Below are positions 21,168 to 35,200 of a stretch of 64,000 nucleotides of DNA, piece after piece (within the stretch, counting starts at the first letter, position 1; each line of letters opens with the position of its first letter). The notes under the pieces were generated by a model. The model was given only the letters and a program-made list of their open reading frames with translations. It was not told the origin of the DNA and did no database searches. Source of the DNA: Eledone cirrhosa (Eukaryota); the NCBI GenBank assembly GCA_964016885.1, contig OZ024743.1, forward strand, positions 378,634,001 to 378,698,000, read 5' to 3'. The position numbers were made by a program, and so were the translations under genes.

Positions 21168-22760
21168 TCATCATCACCGTTTTACGTCCGTTCTTCCACG
21201 CTAGCATGGGTTAGACGGGTTGTCCTGTTGTGGGCAGTGTCTGGTCGGCTGACCATGCCTTGCTCATACAGGAACTGATTTGGCTTGATTTCTACAGCTG
21301 GATGCCCTTCCTAACACCAACCTCATTTACAGTGAGTGCTGGGTGCTTTTTCGTGGCGCCTACACGTCCACTTTACAGTGTGGGCTGGGTGCTTTTTTTC
21401 CGTGGCACCTCCACGACCACCTTGCGGTGGAGGGTGTGGGGGCATATTGTCTATATGCTTCAGCTTGTACCCATGGGAGGTCGGGTACTCTGTATTACTG
21501 CGTGACGCCAGAGGTCACGGTCGTGTGTCATTGTCTTTGAGAGGTGTAATTGGGTAAGGTCGGCTTTTATCACCTCATCCCAGGTCATCTTGGGTCTCCC
21601 CACTCCGCGGTTTCCATCAACTTCTAGTGCTCTGCACCTTTTTATGCAGCTATCATCCTTCATACGCATCACATGTCCATACCAGCGCAACCGCCTCTCC
21701 TGCACACAGCATTTGATTCCTCTTATGCTCAGTCTCTCTCTCAATTCATTTATGCTTTGTCGTTCACGTATATTATTGTTACACATCCATCGGAGCATGC
21801 AGGCTTCGTTTCTCTCCAATCTACGTAAGTCTTCCACCTTCAGCGCCCAGGTCTCGCTACCATGCAACATCGCTGTTCGGATACACGCATCATACAGTCT
21901 GCCTTTCATTCTGAGGGAGAAGCCTTTCGCAGCTAGCAGTGGTAGTAGTTCCCTAAACTTCTTCCATCCCGTTCTTACCCTAGTTATTGCACTTTCTGAA
22001 CACCCACCTCCGTTGCTAATTCGGTCACCTAGGTAGCAGAAGCTGTCAACTGTTTCTACAGGGCTCTCCCAGAGATTGGTGGTACTTGTTTCCTGTGGCT
22101 GTTTGCTGTCTCAGCACAGCTGCTGCATGTGAATCCTACATTCTTAATTAAGCTTCCTGAGATCCCGCTACATCTCTTGTGTACCCATTGTTTGCATTTG
22201 GGGCAGAGAATGGAGTTCCTACCTACACCTTTCCTACATACTGAGCAAGGCCATTTCTCTGAGGGGATCTGGGTTCTGTTTTCTCGTCTACTTACAAGGA
22301 CCTTAGTCTTTGTCATGTTGACTTTGAGACCCTTTCTTTCTAGTCCCTGCTTCCAGGTTTGGAATTTCTTCTCTAGTTCTACCATAGATTCAGCTATGAG
22401 TGCGAGGTCATCAGCATACAGGAGTTCCCATGGGCATCCGGTCTTAAACTCCTCCGTTATTGCCTGCAGGACTATGATGAACAGGAGAGGGCTAAGAACA
22501 GAGCCCTGGTGGACCCCAACCTGTACGCTAAATTCCTCGCTATACTCATTGCTAATCCTAACTTTGCTGACTGCTCCCCTATACATGGCTTGTACCGCTT
22601 TCACAAGCCATTCATCTACTCCTAGTTTTCTAAGAGCCCACCAGATTACAGCACGTGGAACTCTGTCAAAGGCTTTCTCAAGGTCGACAAATGCCAAGTA
22701 GAGTGGCTTACTTTTAGCTAGGTACTTTTCCTGTAATTGCCTCACAAGGAAGAGGGCATC
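21168..22760 (-). mobile_element. RTE LINE subfamily A, 5'-truncated copy inserted in (TA)n
   Basis: ORFs 22056-22745 and 21460-21909 are nearly identical to those in 2560-3859. Has YADD, the C4HC3 finger, 3' UTR and (GAT)n tail. Confidence 0.94.
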
Positions 22761-22820
22761 TTATATATATATCTTATATATATATATTGGAAAATGTGGG
22801 AGATCCTTGGTACAGTTAGG

Positions 22821-22970
22821 TATATTTGAAAAAAAGGAAAAGAATGACTTCACTTGTAGTGTTAAATAATTTGATTTAATTTTATAATATTATGAGTTGG
22901 TAGAGATAGTAAGTTCTTTAAAATTCTTCCCACCAAAGTTAAGTCATTCTTTGCTCTTTTTTCAAATATA
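22821..22970. mobile_element. MITE-like element with ~30-bp imperfect terminal inverted repeats
   Basis: tatatttgaaaaaaaggaaaagaatgactt versus aagtcattctttgctcttttttcaaatata. TA at both ends. Confidence 0.55.
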
Positions 22971-22976
22971 TATATA

Positions 22977-23025
22977 TTGTAGTGCACCTGAGAATTGTAC
23001 ACAATAATTTTCTTTTTTCATTATT
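22977..23025 (+). mobile_element. Extreme 3' tip of the CR1-type LINE family
   Basis: ttgtagtgcacctgagaattgtacacaataattt matches the reverse complement of ~7446-7476 and ~17350-17381. Confidence 0.7.
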
Positions 23026-23035
23026 TCATATCATT

Positions 23036-23223
23036 AAGGCGGTGGATTGGCAGTAACGGTAGAGAGTTGGAAGCCATGCTTTGAAGCATAGAGTTACCTC
23101 CCTTTATGATCTGAGATCAAATCCCGCCAAGGATAACTTTGCCTTTCATCCTTACGGGGTCGATAAAATAAGGTACCAGTAATGCACTGGGTATTTGCTG
23201 GCCTTGTGCAAAAAGTAGAAACA
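23036..23223 (+). mobile_element. tRNA-derived SINE with 16-bp TSD, abutting the first satellite monomer
   Basis: ggcggtggattggcagtaacggtagag..gagatcaaatcccgcc; same family as 17132-17318. TSD attatttcatatcatt at 23020-23035 and 23224-23239. Confidence 0.88.
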
Positions 23224-23230
23224 ATTATTT

Positions 23231-26200
23231 CATATCATTGTGGTGGTAGTGGTTGTGTATTATGAGAGCATTGACTCACATTGTCCAGGTATATATCATT
23301 GTAGAAGTGGTGGTGGTCTGTTTATTAGGAGACAGGGTTCTCCCATATTGTCCAGGAATATATCATTGTAGTAGTGGTGGTGGTCTGTCTATTAGGAGAC
23401 AGGGTTCTCCTACATTGTCCAGGTATATATCATTGTAGTAGTGGTGGTGGTCTGTCTATTAGGAGACAGGGTTCTCCTACATTGTCCAGGTATATAACAT
23501 TGTAGAAGTGGTGGTGGTCTGTCTATTAGGAGACAGGGTTCTCCTACATTGTCCAGGTATATATCATTGTAGTAGTGGTGGTCTGTCTATTAAGAGACAG
23601 GGTTCTCCCATATTGTCCAGGTATATATCATTGTAGAAGTGGTGGTGGTCTGTTTATTAGGAGACAGGGTTCTCCCATATTGTCCAGGTATATATCATTG
23701 TAGTAGTGGTGGTGGTCTGTCTATTAGGAGACAGGGTTCTCCTACATTGTCCAGGTATATATCATTGTAGTAGTGATGGTGGTCTGTTTATTAGGAGACA
23801 GGGTTTTTCTACATTGTCCAGGTATATATCATTGTAGTAGTGGTGGTGGTCTGTTTATTAGGAGACAGGGTTCTCCTACATTGTCCAGGTATATATCATT
23901 GTAGAAGCGGTGGTGGTCTGTTTATTAGGAGACAGGGTTCTCCTACATTGTCCAGGTATATATCATGGTAGTAGTGGTGGTGGTCTGTCTATTAGGAGAC
24001 AGGGTTCTACCATATTGTCCAGGTATATATCATTGTAGTAGTGATGGTGGTCTGTTTATTAGGAGACAGGGTCTCCCATATTGTCCAGGTATATATCATG
24101 GTAGTAGTGATGGTGGTCTGTTTATTAGGAGACAGGGTCTCCCATATTGTCCAGGTATATATCATGGTAGTAGTGGTGGTGGTCTGTCTATTAGGAGACA
24201 GGGTTCTACCATATTGTCCAGGTATATATCATTGTAGTAGTGGTGGTGGTCTGTCTATTAGGAGACAGGGTTCTCCTACATTGTCCAGGTATATAACATT
24301 GTAGTAGTGATGGTGGTCTGTCTATTAGGAGACAGGGTTCTCCTACATTGTCCAGGTATATATCATTGTAGTAGTGGTGGTGGTCTGTCTATTAGGAGAC
24401 AGGGTTCTCCCATATTGTCCAGGTATATATCATTGTAGTAGTGGTGGTGGTCTGTTTATTAGGAGACAGGGTTCTCCTACATTGTCCAGGTATATATCAT
24501 TGTAGTAGTGGTGGTGGTCTGTCTATTAGGAGACAGGGTTCTCCTACATTGTCCAGGTATATATCATTGTAGTAGTGGTGGTGGTCTGTCTATTAGGAGA
24601 CAGGGTTCTCCTACATTGTCCAGGTATATATCATTGTAGTAGTGGTGGTGGTCTGTTTATTAGGAGACAGGGTTCTCCTACATTGTCCAGGTATATATCA
24701 TTGTAGAAGTGGTGGTGGTCTGTTTATTAGGAGACAGGGTTCTCCCATATTGTCCAGGTATATATCATTGTAGAAGTGGTGGTGGTCTGTTTATTAGGAG
24801 ACAGGGTTCTCCTACATTGTCCAGGTATATATCATTGTAGTAGTGATGGTGGTCTGTTTATTAGGAGACAGGGTTTTTCTACATTGTCCAGGTATATATC
24901 ATTGTAGTAGTGGTGGTGGTCTGTTTATTAGGAGACAGGGTTCTCCTACATTGTCCAGGTATATATCATTGTAGAAGCGGTGGTGGTCTGTTTATTAGGA
25001 GACAGGGTTCTCCTACATTGTCCAGGTATATATCATGGTAGTAGTGGTGGTGGTCTGTCTATTAGGAGACAGGGTTCTACCATATTGTCCAGGTATATAT
25101 CATTGTAGTAGTGATGGTGGTCTGTTTATTAGGAGACAGGGTTCTACCATATTGTCCAGGTATATATCATTGTAGTAGTGATGGTGGTCTGTTTATTAGG
25201 AGACAGGGTCTCCCATATTGTCCAGGTATATATCATGGTAGTAGTGATGGTGGTCTGTTTATTAGGAGACAGGGTCTCCCATATTGTCCAGGTATATATC
25301 ATGGTAGTAGTGGTGGTGGTCTGTCTATTAGGAGACAGGGTTCTACCATATTGTCCAGGTATATATCATTGTAGTAGTGGTGGTGGTCTGTCTATTAGGA
25401 GACAGGGTTCTCCTACATTGTCCAGGTATATAACATTGTAGTAGTGATGGTGGTCTGTCTATTAGGAGACAGGGTTCTCCTACATTGTCCAGGTATATAT
25501 CATTGTAGTAGTGGTGGTGGTCTGTCTATTAGGAGACAGGGTTCTCCCATATTGTCCAGGTATATATCATTGTAGTAGTGGTGGTGGTCTGTTTATTAGG
25601 AGACAGGGTTCTCCTACATTGTCCAGGTATATATCATTGTAGTAGTGGTGGTGGTCTGTCTATTAGGAGACAGGGTTCTCCTACATTGTCCAGGTATATA
25701 TCATTGTAGTAGTGGTGGTGGTCTGTCTATTAGGAGACAGGGTTCTCCTACATTGTCCAGGTATATATCATTGTAGTAGTGGTGGTGGTCTGTTTATTAG
25801 GAGACAGGGTTCTCCTACATTGTCCAGGTATATATCATTGTAGAAGTGGTGGTGGTCTGTTTATTAGGAGACAGGGTTCTCCTACATTGTCCAGGTATAT
25901 ATCATTGTAGTAGTGGTGGTGGTCTGTCTATTAGGAGACAGGGTTCGCCTACATTGTCCAGGTATATATCATTGTAGAAGTGGTGGTGGTCTGTTTATTA
26001 GGAGACAGGGTTCTCCTACATTGTCCAGGTATATATCATTGTAGTAGTGGTGGTGGTCTGTCTATTAGGAGACAGGGTTCTCCTACATTGTCCAGGTATA
26101 TATCATTGTAGTAGTGGTGGTGGTCTGTTTATTAGGAGACAGGGTTCTCCTACATTGTCCAGGTATATATCATTGTAGTAGTGGTGGTGGTCTGTTTATT

Positions 26201-29200
26201 AGGAGACAGGGTTCTCCTACATTGTCCAGGTATATATCATTGTAGAAGTGGTGGTGGTCTGTTTATTAGGAGACAGGGTTCTCCTACATTGTCCAGGTAT
26301 ATATCATTGTAGAAGTGGTGGTGGTCTGTTTATTAGGAGACAGGGTTCTCCTACATTGTCCAGGTATATAACATTGTAGAAGTGGTGGTGGTCTGTTTAT
26401 TAGGAGACAGGGTTCTCCCATATTGTCCAGGTATATAACATTGTAGAAGTGGTGGTGGTCTGTTTATTAGGAGACAGGGTTCTCCTACATTGTCCAGGTA
26501 TATATCATTGTAGAAGTGGTGGTGGTCTGTTTATTAGGAGACAGGGTTCTCCCATATTGTCCAGGTATATAACATTGTAGAAGTGGTGGTGGTCTGTTTA
26601 TTAGGAGACAGGGTTCTCCCATATTGTCCAGGTATATAACATTGTAGTAGTGATGGTGGTCTGTCTATCAGGAGACAGGGTTCTCCTACATTGTCCAGGT
26701 ATATATCATTGTAGAAGTGGTGGTGGTCTGTTTATTAGGAGACAGGGTTCTCCCATATTGTCCAGGTATATATCATTGTAGTAGTGGTGGTGGTCTGTCT
26801 ATTAGGAGACAGGGTTCTCCTACATTGTCCAGGTATATATCATTGTAGTAGTGATGGTGGTCTGTTTATTAGGAGACAGGGTTTTTCTACATTGTCCAGG
26901 TATATATCATTGTAGTAGTGGTGGTGGTCTGTTTATTAGGAGACAGGGTTCTCCTACATTGTCCAGGTATATATCATTGTAGAAGTGGTGGTGGTCTGTT
27001 TATTAGGAGACAGGGTTCTCCTACATTGTCCAGGTATATATCATGGTAGTAGTGGTGGTGGTCTGTCTATTAGGAGACAGGGTTATACCATATTGTCCAG
27101 GTATATATCATTGTAGTAGTGATGGTGGTCTGTTTATTAGGAGACAGGGTCTCCCATATTGTCCAGGTATATATCATGGTAGTAGTGATGGTGGTCTGTT
27201 TATTAGGAGACAGGGTTCTCCCATATTGTCCAGGTATATAACATTGTAGTAGTGATGGTGGTCTGTCTATCAGGAGACAGGGTTCTCCTACATTGTCCAG
27301 GTATATATCATTGTAGAAGTGGTGGTGGTCTGTTTATTAGGAGACAGGGTTCTCCTACATTGTCCAGGTATATATCATTGTAGTAGTGGTGGTGGTCTGT
27401 TTATTAGGAGACAGGGTTCTCCTACATTGTCCAGGTATATATCATTGTAGTAGTGGTGGTGGTCTGTTTATTAGGAGACAGGGTTCTCCTACATTGTCCA
27501 GGTATATATCATGGTAGTAGTGGTGGTGGTCTGTTTATTAGGAGACAGGGTTCTCCTACATTGTCCAGGTATATAACATTGTAGTAGTGGTGGTGGTCTG
27601 TCTATTAGGAGACAGGGTTCTCCTACATTGACCAGGTATATATCATTGTAGTAGTGGTGGTGGTCTGTCTATTAGGAGACAGGGTTCTCCTACATTGTCC
27701 AGGTATATATCATTGTAGTAGTGGTGGTGGTCTGTCTATTAGGAGACAGGGTTCTCCTATATTGTCCAGGTATATAACATTGTAGTAGTGGTGGTGGTCT
27801 GTCTATTAGGAGACAGGGTTCTCCTACATTGACCAGGTATATATCATTGTAGTAGTGGTGGTGGTGGTCTGTCTATTAGGAGACAGGGTTCTCCCATATT
27901 GTCCAGGTATATATCATTGTAGAAGTGGTGGTGGTCTGTCTATTAGGAGACAGGGTTCTCCTACATTGACCAGGTATATATCATTGTAGTAGTGGTGGTG
28001 GTCTGTCTATTAGGAGACAGGGTTCTCCCATATTGTCCAGGTATATATCATTGTAGAAGTGGTGGTGGTCTGTCTATTAGGAGACAGGGTTCTCCTACAT
28101 TGTCCAGGTATATATCATTGTAGAAGTGGTGGTGGTCTGTTTATTAGGAGACAGGGTTCTCCCATATTGTCCAGGTATATATCATTGTAGAAGTGGTGGT
28201 GGTCTGTCTATTAGGAGACAGGGTACTCCTACATTGTCCAGGTATATATCATTGTAGTAGTGGTGGTGGTCTGTCTATTAGGAGACAGGGTCTCCCATAT
28301 TGTCCAGGTATATATCATGGTAGTAGTGATGGTGGTCTGTCTATTAGGAGACAGGGTTCTCCCATATTGTCCAGGTATATAACATCGTAGTAGTGGTGGT
28401 GGTCTGTTTATTAGGAGACAGGGTTCTCCCATATTGTCCAGGTATATAACATCGTAGTAGTGGTGGTGGTCTGTTTATTAGGAGACAGGGTTCTCCCATA
28501 TTGTCCAGGTATATATCATTGTAGTAGTGGTGGTGGTCTGTTTATTAGGAGACAGGGTTCTCCTACATTGTCCAGGTATATATCATTGTAGTAGTGGTGG
28601 TGGTCTGTTTATTAGGAGACAGGGTTCTCCTACATTGTCCAGGTATATATCATTGTAGAAGTGGTGGTGGTCTGTCTATTAGGAGACAGGGTTCTCCTAC
28701 ATTGTGCAGGTATATATCATTGTAGAAGTGGTGGTGGTCTGTCTATTAGGAGACAGGGTTCTCCTACATTGTCCAGGTATATATCATTGTAGAAGTGGTG
28801 GTGGTCTGTCTATTAGGAGACAGTGTACTCCTACATTGTCCAGGTATATATCATTGTAGTAGTGGTGGTGGTCTGTCTATTAAGAGACAGGGTTCTCCCA
28901 TATTGTCCAGGTATATATCATTGTAGAAGTGGTGGTGGTCTGTTTATTAGGAGACAGGGTTCTCCCATATTGTCCAGGTATATATCATAGTAGAAGTGGT
29001 GGTGGTCTGTCTATTAGGAGACAGGGTACTCCTACATTGTCCAGGTATATATCATTGTAGTAGTGGTGGTGGTCTGTCTATTAGGAGACAGGGTTCTCCC
29101 ATATTGTCCAGGTATATATCATTGTAGTAGTGGTGGTGGTCTGTCTATTAAGAGACAGGGTTCTCCCATATTGTCCAGGTATATATCATTGTAGAAGTGG

Positions 29201-32200
29201 TGGTGGTCTGTTTATTAGGAGACAGGGTTCTCCCATATTGTCCAGGTATATATCATAGTAGAAGTGGTGGTGGTCTGTCTATTAGGAGACAGGGTTCTCC
29301 CATATTGTCCAGGTATATATCATTGTAGTAGTGGTGGTGGTCTGTTTATTAGGAGACAGGGTTCTCCTACATTGTCCACGTATATATCATTGTAGTAGTG
29401 GTGGTGGTCTGTCTATTAGGAGACAGGGTTCTCCCATATTGTCCAGGTATATATCATTGTAGTAGTGGTGGTGGTCTGTTTATTAGGAGACAGGGTTCTC
29501 CTACATTGTCCAGGTATATATCATTGTAGAAGTGGTGGTGGTCTGTTTATTAGGAGACAGGGTTCTCCCATATTGTCCAGGTATATAACATTGTAGAAGT
29601 GGTGGTGGTCTGTTTATTAGGAGACAGGGTTCTCCCATATTGTCCAGGTATATAACATTGTAGTAGTGATGGTGGTCTGTCTATCAGTAGACAGGGTTCT
29701 CCTACATTGTCCAGGTATATATCATTGTAGAAGTGGTGGTGGTCTGTTTATTAGGAGACAGGGTTCTCCCATATTGTCCAGGTATATATCATTGTAGTAG
29801 TGGTCGTGGTCTGTCTATTAGGAGACAGGGTTCTCCTACATTGTCCAGGTATATATCATTGTAGTAGTGGTGGTGGTCTGTCTATTAGGAGACAGGGTTC
29901 TCCTACATTGTCCAGGTATATATCATTGTAGTAGTGATGGTGGTCTGTTTATTAGGAGACAGGGTTTTTCTACATTGTCCAGGTATATATCATTGTAGTA
30001 GTGGTGGTGGTCTGTTTATTAGGAGACAGGGTTCTCCTACATTGTCCAGGTATATATCATTGTAGAAGTGGTGGTGGTCTGTTTATTAGGAGACATGGTT
30101 CTCCTACATTGTCCAGGTATATATCATGGTAGTAGTGGTGGTGGTCTGTCTATTAGGAGACAGGGTTCTACCATATTGTCCAGGTATATATCATTGTAGT
30201 AGTGATGGTGGTCTGTTTATTAGGAGACAGGGTCTCCCATATTGTCCAGGTATATATCATGGTAGTAGTGATGGTGCTCTGTTTATTAGGAGACAGGGTT
30301 CTCCCATATTGTCCAGGTATATAACATTGTAGTAGTGATGGTGGTCTGTCTATCAGGAGACAGGGTTCTCCTACATTGTCCAGGTATATATCATTGTAGA
30401 AGTGGTGGTGGTCTGTTTATTAGGAGACAGGGTTCTCCTACATTGTCCAGGTATATATCATTGTAGTAGTGGTGGTGGTCTGTTTATTAGGAGACAGGGT
30501 TCTCCTACATTGTCCAGGTATATATCATTGTAGTAGTGGTGGTGGTCTGTCTATTAGGAGACAGGGTTCTCCTACATTGTCCAGGTATATAACATTGTAG
30601 TAGTGGTGGTGGTCTGTCTATTAGGAGACAGGGTTCTCCTACATTGTCCAGGTATATATCATTGTAGAAGTGGTGGTGGTCTGTTTATTAGGAGACAGGG
30701 TTCTCCCATATTGTCCAGGTATATATCATTGTAGAAGTGGTGGTGGTCTGTCTATTAGGAGACAGGGTACTCCTACATTGTCCAGGTATATATCATTGTA
30801 GTAGTGGTGGTGGTCTGTCTATTAGGAGACAGGGTTCTCCTACATTGTCCAGGTATATATCATTGTAGAAGTGGTGGTGGTCTGTCTATTAGGAGACTAG
30901 GAGACAGGGTCTCCCATATTGTCCAGGTATATATCATTGTAGTAGTGGTGGTGGTCTGTCTATTAGGAGACAGGGTTCTCCTACATTGTCCAGGTATATA
31001 TCATTGTAGAAGTGGTGGTGGTCTGTCTATTAGGAGACTAGGAGACAGGGTCTCCCATATTGTCCAGGTATATATCATTGTAGTAGTGGTGGTGGTCTGT
31101 CTATTAGGAGACAGGGTTCTCCTACATTGTCCAGGTATATAACATTGTAGTAGTGGTGGTGGTCTGTCTATTAGGAGACAGGGTTCTCCCATATTGTCCA
31201 GGTATATATCATTGTAGTAGTGGTGGTGGTCTGTTTATTAGGAGACAGGGTTCTCCTACATTGTCCAGGTATATATCATTGTAGAAGTGGTGGTGGTCTG
31301 TCTATTAGGAGACAGGGTTCTCCTACATTGTGCAGGTATATATCATTGTAGAAGTGGTGGTGGTCTGTCTATTAGGAGACAGGGTTCTCCTACATTGTCC
31401 AGGTATATATCATTGTAGAAGTGGTGGTGGTCTGTCTATTAGGAGACAGGGTACTCCTACATTGTCCAGGTATATATCATTGTAGTAGTGGTGGTGGTCT
31501 GTCTATTAAGAGACAGGGTTCTCCAATATTGTCCAGGTATATATCATTGTAGTAGTGGTGGTGGTCTGTCTATTAAGAGACAGGGTTCTCCCATATTGTC
31601 CAGGTATATATCATTGTAGAAGTGGTGGTGGTCTGTTTATTAGGAGACAGGGTTCTCCCATATTGTCCAGGTATATATCATAGTAGAAGTGGTGGTGGTC
31701 TGTCTATTAGGAGACAGGGTTCTCCAATATTGTCCAGGTATATATCATTGTAGTAGTGGTGGTGGTCTGTTTATTAGGAGACAGGGTTCTCCTACATTGT
31801 CCACGTATATATCATTGTAGTAGTGGTGGTGGTCTGTCTATTAGGAGACAGGGTTCTCCCATATTGTCCAGGTATATATCATTGTAGAAGTGGTGGTGGT
31901 CTGTTTATTAGGAGACAGGGTTCTCCTACATTGTCCAGGTATATATCATTGTAGTAGTGGTGGTGGTCTGTCTATTAGGAGACAGGGTTCTCCTACATTG
32001 TCCAGGTATATAACATTGTAGTAGTGGTGGTGGTCTGTCTATTAGGAGACAGGGTTCTCCTACATTGACCAGGTATATATCATTGTAGTAGTGGTGGTGG
32101 TCTGTCTATTAGGAGACAGGGTTCTCCCATATTGTCCAGGTATATATCATTGTAGAAGTGGTGGTGGTCTGTCTATTAGGAGACAGGGTTCTCCTACATT

Positions 32201-35200
32201 GACCAGGTATATATCATTGTAGTAGTGGTGGTGGTCTGTCTATTAGGAGACAGGGTTCTCCCATATTGTCCAGGTATATATCATTGTAGAAGTGGTGGTG
32301 GTCTGTCTATTAGGAGACAGGGTTCTCCTACATTGTCCAGGTATATATCATTGTAGAAGTGGTGGTGGTCTGTTTATTAGGAGACAGGGTTCTCCCATAT
32401 TGTCCAGGTATATATCATTGTAGAAGTGGTGGTGGTCTGTCTATTAGGAGACAGGGTACTCCTACATTGTCCAGGTATATATCATTGTAGTAGTGGTGGT
32501 GGTCTGTCTATTAGGAGACAGGGTTCTCCCATATTGTCCAGGTATATATCATTGTAGTAGTGGTGGTGGTCTGTTTATTAGGAGACAGGGTTCTCCTACA
32601 TTGTCCAGGTATATATCATTGTAGTAGTGGTGGTGGTCTGTTTATTAGGAGACAGGGTTCTCCTACATTGTCCAGGTATATATCATTGTAGAAGTGGTGG
32701 TGGTCTGTCTATTAGGAGACAGGGTTCTCCTACATTGTGCAGGTATATATCATTGTAGAAGTGGTGGTGGTCTGTCTATTAGGAGACAGGGTTCTCCTAC
32801 ATTGTCCAGGTATATATCATTGTAGAAGTGGTGGTGGTCTGTCTATTAGGAGACAGGGTACTCCTACATTGTCCAGGTATATATCATTGTAGTAGTGGTG
32901 GTGGTCTGTCTATTAAGAGACAGGGTTCTCCAATATTGTCCAGGTATATATCATTGTAGTAGTGGTGGTGGTCTGTCTATTAAGAGACAGGGTTCTCCCA
33001 TATTGTCCAGGTATATATCATTGTAGAAGTGGTGGTGGTCTGTTTATTAGGAGACAGGGTTCTCCCATATTGTCCAGGTATATATCATAGTAGAAGTGGT
33101 GGTGGTCTGTCTATTAGGAGACAGGGTTCTCCAATATTGTCCAGGTATATATCATTGTAGTAGTGGTGGTGGTCTGTTTATTAGGAGACAGGGTTCTCCT
33201 ACATTGTCCACGTATATATCATTGTAGTAGTGGTGGTGGTCTGTCTATTAGGAGACAGGGTTCTCCCATATTGTCCAGGTATATATCATTGTAGTAGTGG
33301 TGGTGGTCTGTTTATTAGGAGACAGGGTTCTCCTACATTGTCCAGGTATATATCATTGTAGTAGTAGTGGTGGTGGTCTGTTTATTAGGAGACAGGGTTC
33401 TCCTACATTGTCCAGGTATATATCATTGTAGTAGTGGTGGTGGTCTGTCTATTAGGAGACAGGGTTCTCCTACATTGTCCAGGTATATAACATTGTAGAA
33501 GTGGTGGTGGTCTGTTTATTAGGAGACAGGGTTCTCCCATATTGTCCAGGTATATATCATTGTAGAAGTGGTGATGGTCTGTTTATTAGGAGACAGGGTT
33601 CTCCTACATTGTCCAGGTATATAACATTGTAGAAGTGGTGGTGGTCTGTTTATTAGGAGACAGGGTTCTCCCATATTGTCCAGGTATATATCATTGTAGA
33701 AGTGGTGGTGGTCTGTTTATTAGGAGACAGGGTTCTCCTACATTGTCCAGGTATATGACATTGTAGAAGTGGTGGTGGTCTGTTTAATAGGAGACAGGGT
33801 TCTCCTACATTGTCCAGGTATATATCATTGTAGTAGTGGTGGTGGTCTGTTTATTAGGAGACAGGGTTCTCCTACATTGTCCAGGTATATATCATTGTAG
33901 TAGTGGTGGTGGTCTGTTTATTAGGAGACAGGGTTCTCCCATATTGTCCAGGTATATATCATTGTAGTAGTGGTGGTGGTGGTCTGTCTATTAGGAGACA
34001 GGGTTCTCCTACATTGTCCAGGTATATATCATTGTAGTAGTGGTGGTGGTCTGTCTATTAGGAGACAGGGTTTTCCTACATTGTCCAGGTATATATCATT
34101 GTAGAAGTGGTGGTGGTCTGTCTATTAGGAGACAGGGTTCTCCTACATTGTCCAGGTATATATCATTGTAGTAGTGGTGGTGGTCTGTCTATTAGGAGAC
34201 AGGGTTCTCCCATATTGTCCAGGTATATATCATTGTAATAGTGGTGGTGGTCTGTCTATTAGGAGACAGGGTACTCCTACATTGTCCAGGTATATATCAT
34301 TGTAGAAGTGGTGGTGGTCTGTTTATTAGGAGACAGGTTTCTCCTACATTGTCCAGGTATATATCATTGTAGAAGTGGTGGTGGTCTGTTTATTAGGAGA
34401 CAGGGTTCTCCTACATTGTCCAGGTATATATCATTGTAGAAGTGGTGGTGGTGTGTCTATTAGGAGACAGGGTTCTCCTACATTGTCCAGGTATATATCA
34501 TTGTAGTAGTGGTGGTGGTCTGTCTATTAGGAGACAGGGTTCTCCTACATTGACCAGGTATATATCATTGTAGTAGTGGTGGTGGTCTGTCTATTAGGAG
34601 ACAGGGTTCTCCCATATTGTCCAGGTATATATCATTGTAGAAGTGGTGGTGGTCTGTCTATTAGGAGACAGGGTTCTCCTACATTGTCCAGGTATATATC
34701 ATTGTAGAAGTGGTGGTGGTCTGTTTATTAGGAGACAGGGTTCTCCCATATTGTCCAGGTATATATCATTGTAGAAGTGGTGGTGGTCTGTTTATTAGGA
34801 GACAGGGTTCTCCCATATTGTCCAGGTATATATCATTGTAGAAGTGGTGGTGGTCTGTTTATTAGGAGACAGGGTTCTCCCATATTGTCCAGGTATATAT
34901 CATTGTAGAAGTGGTGGTGGTCTGTTTATTAGGAGACAGGGTTCTCCCATATTGTCCAGGTATATATCATTGTAGAAGTGGTGGTGGTCTGTCTATTAGG
35001 AGACAGGGTACTCCTACATTGTCCAGGTATATATCATTGTAGTAGTGGTGGTGGTCTGTCTATTAGGAGACAGGGTCTCCCATATTGTCCAGGTATATAT
35101 CATGGTAGTAGTGATGGTGGTCTGTCTATTAGGAGACAGGGTTCTCCCATATTGTCCAGGTATATATCATTGTAGAAGTGGTGGTGGTCTGTCTATTAGG

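Noticed and set aside
1480-22760. Intact, active LINEs
   Set aside because: All copies are truncated or carry stops and frameshifts.
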